Below are positions 61,770 through 64,000 of a DNA stretch of 64,000 bases, piece by piece. The position numbers and the translations under genes are program-made. The notes under the pieces were generated by a model. The model was given only the letters and a program-made list of their open reading frames with translations. It had not been told where the DNA came from and ran no database searches. The DNA is from Azolla caroliniana (taxonomy: Eukaryota > Plantae > Polypodiophyta). The stretch covers positions 5,208,001 through 5,272,000 of the forward strand of contig JBHGNT010000020.1 of assembly GCA_043228905.1 (NCBI GenBank). The letters run 5' to 3'. Each line of letters begins with the position of its first letter. The first letter of the stretch is position 1.

Positions 61770-64000
61770 TATCACATTCTAGACTCGAACCTCTAACTTT
61801 TAACACACACAAATACATTATGTTGTGTTAACCATATGGAAACGCTTGTGAACTATCCACATTTGATTGTAAACTTGTATATATTGTAGAGTCTAGTGTA
61901 TAGTATATTTGAGAATATACCCGTTTAGAATATACCATAGAATAATTCTAGAATATACTAACGTCAAGATTTATGTCTCCCTCCTCGAACCCCATTATGC
62001 TTCGCAACTCCTAGGACGTCAAGCCCCACCACCACCACCTGTGCAATTGACGACAGGGGAGGAATACGGGGTCTAACAATTGCTTGATTCGCATTGGCAC
62101 CATCGACACTTGCAATACCTCGTCTTGTGGAGGGGTTACCCCATGTCTGACGCCACGTGGGAACCATCGGAAAATTTACAAAATGCCCCGGAGGTGGTCC
62201 AAGATTTTGATCACCAATATTCCTACAAACCGGCGACCGATTTGCGAAGGTGGCGTAAGAGGGGGGATAATGTTAAGATTCAAACTCTTGACATGACCAT
62301 GTTATAATCAAGTATTACGGGTTACCCAACATATCTAGTATACAATTATGTATGCAATTGGTCCTTGTTGTTTTGGCTAGCATCATGTGCATAGTTGCTC
62401 CCTTCTAGTATTTACACTTGGCACATGCATGCGTACCTACATGCTCTATTGTAGATTCACATGCATGCAACAAGTATGCATGCCGTGTAGTATAAATAGT
62501 TGAGTTCACCTTGAAGGAATTCAAGGTGAACAACACCAATTACGAAGTCTTTCAGTTAATACTATTCATCCATTTGGTTATCCTCTTTCTTGTATCTTGA
62601 GCTTATGATCTATCTGTGATAGTTTGTTCACCTTCCCATCCTCATAGCTCTCCCTCTCATAAGCCATAACTATGTCTGACTCAGCAAATGACTTAAGTCA
62701 GATAATGGTAGCCTTACCACAACTCCAGCTTGAAAATGAAGCTCTTCGAAATTCTTTACAAGAACTTCAAGTTAGTACCTCCCTATCCTCACAACCCCTG
62801 AAGCCTAGTCTCCCACCGCAACCTAGCCTAGAGCCCGATCTTCTACTAACATCTGGCCTAGCTTCTTCACATTTTCTTGAGCCTAAGGTTAGCCTCCCAG
62901 AAAAATTTGATGGAATGAGGTCGCGTTGTCGTAGTGTAATTCGCAAACTACATGAAAAATTACATTCTTAGTTCTCCGGATAGGATATGGTGTACCCAGT
63001 AAGGACCGAAACCAGTAAGGAGACCCGGCAAGAGCCGGATGAAGAAGGCTGGTGAGAGTTAGTGAGAAACGGACGAAGAGATCGGTAAGGAGGTTCCGGT
63101 AAGAACCGGATAAAGAAAACTAGCAAGCACCGGATGAAGAGACATATTTGTAAATAGAAGAAAGTATAAAAATATATATATTACATGCATAGGGCAGGAT
63201 TCGAACCCTATACCTCCATGTTAATAATGTTAAGCCTTATCATTATACTAGCGTATTATGAAATTTAAAGTTATACTAAACTTTATCCCATTTAAATTTC
63301 TAGACCTGCATGGTACAAAAATTTATTCATGCATAGACACTCGAGTTAAAAGAAAAGATGAGATAGAAAGCTAATCATGCACATGCAGTGTGCATGAAAA
63401 CTAAAGATAGGAAAAGCATGATGTTTGCATGTGATAAACTTAGACTCTTCCAACACTATATAAGGAAGAGAGAAAGATGTATAGAGGTTGTTGATTATTT
63501 TACAAGGGGATTAATATAATATAATCGTGGGATCCACGAGTTTGCTAACTATTTTTCTCTCTTAATTTGAGTACTCACTAATACAATATACTCGTGGGAT
63601 TCACGAGTTTTTCATATCTTTCTTTCTTACAATATATTTCATATTCTTAATTGCCTTAGAATTTTCTTTCCTCCTAGTCCAAAACCCCAGTGGTTCCCAC
63701 CCAACTCACGCAATGATCCGGAGCCGTAAGGCACGACAGCGTTTCCGAGGGTTCATCAACCAAATTTGACTTATCATTCGGCTACAATCTCAACATTATG
63801 CAGATGGTGTTCGACAAGTCGGCCTTGTGGGCACCCTTCTCTCCGGTCCGGCTCAAGCTTGGTTTGCACCATTCGTAGAAACTTCATCACCTCTATTGGA
63901 GAACTTTCCCGCCTTCCTTGCTGAGTTAGAGGTCACATTTGGTGAAACGGACCGGCGATGTACAACCATTAACAAGCTTTATGCACTCGAACAAGGTTCG
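61770..64000 (+). mobile_element. Tcn1-like chromoviral Gypsy H: LTR fragment, INT end/chromodomain, PPT, LTR (62271 to about 62621), gag
   Basis: Chromodomain LLDS...LQYLVLWRGYPMSDATWEPSENL; PPT AAGAGGGGGGATAA then TG at 62271; gag from 62672 (EPKVSLPEKFDG..SR|FRGFINQ...LLSGPAQAWFAP) runs off the window. Confidence 0.82.
62927..63738 (+). mobile_element. 812-bp solo LTR with 4-bp TSD inserted in gag of H
   Basis: Termini TGTCGT...ACGACA; flanks GCGT/GCGT; removal restores gag MRSR-FRG. TATA-like CTATATAAG near 63456 suggests + orientation. Confidence 0.88.

Noticed and set aside
7851-62971. Numerous short antisense or alternative-frame ORFs in the supplied track
   Set aside because: They are shadows of retroelement coding strands or microsatellite translations with no independent motif support.

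Overview
Eukaryotic plant DNA; a non-seed land plant such as a fern is inferred from Tcn1-like chromoviruses and an RTEX LINE. There is one intact host gene at the left edge: a 3-exon plastid stearoyl-ACP delta-9 desaturase (287-2836, +, 409 aa). Most of the rest is a nested stack of decayed retroelements whose junctions can be read from LTR termini, PBS/PPT and target-site duplications. An outer LTR element (LTR 6180-20483) was split at its (GA)n tract by two LINEs. The first LINE hosts a small atypical Gypsy and a deleted Copia. A large chromovirus (20983 to about 58619) hosts three Copia elements, a Tcn1-like chromovirus, a Tat-like Gypsy with an extra RNase H and a deleted copy of its own family. 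Its 3' LTR is interrupted by a further Copia that runs off the window. Nesting reaches five levels. The most notable signals are: Tf1-style self-priming complementarity in two Tcn1-like elements; an animal-like Gypsy (tRNA-Ala PBS, 4-bp TSD, GGAAAAC frameshift plus hairpin); a conserved peptide in an unexplained post-RNase H extension of a Copia family; hairpins enclosing the PPT/LTR junction of all five Copia elements; and tRNA-like Pol III boxes inside LTRs. All calls are by eye; no database search was run.
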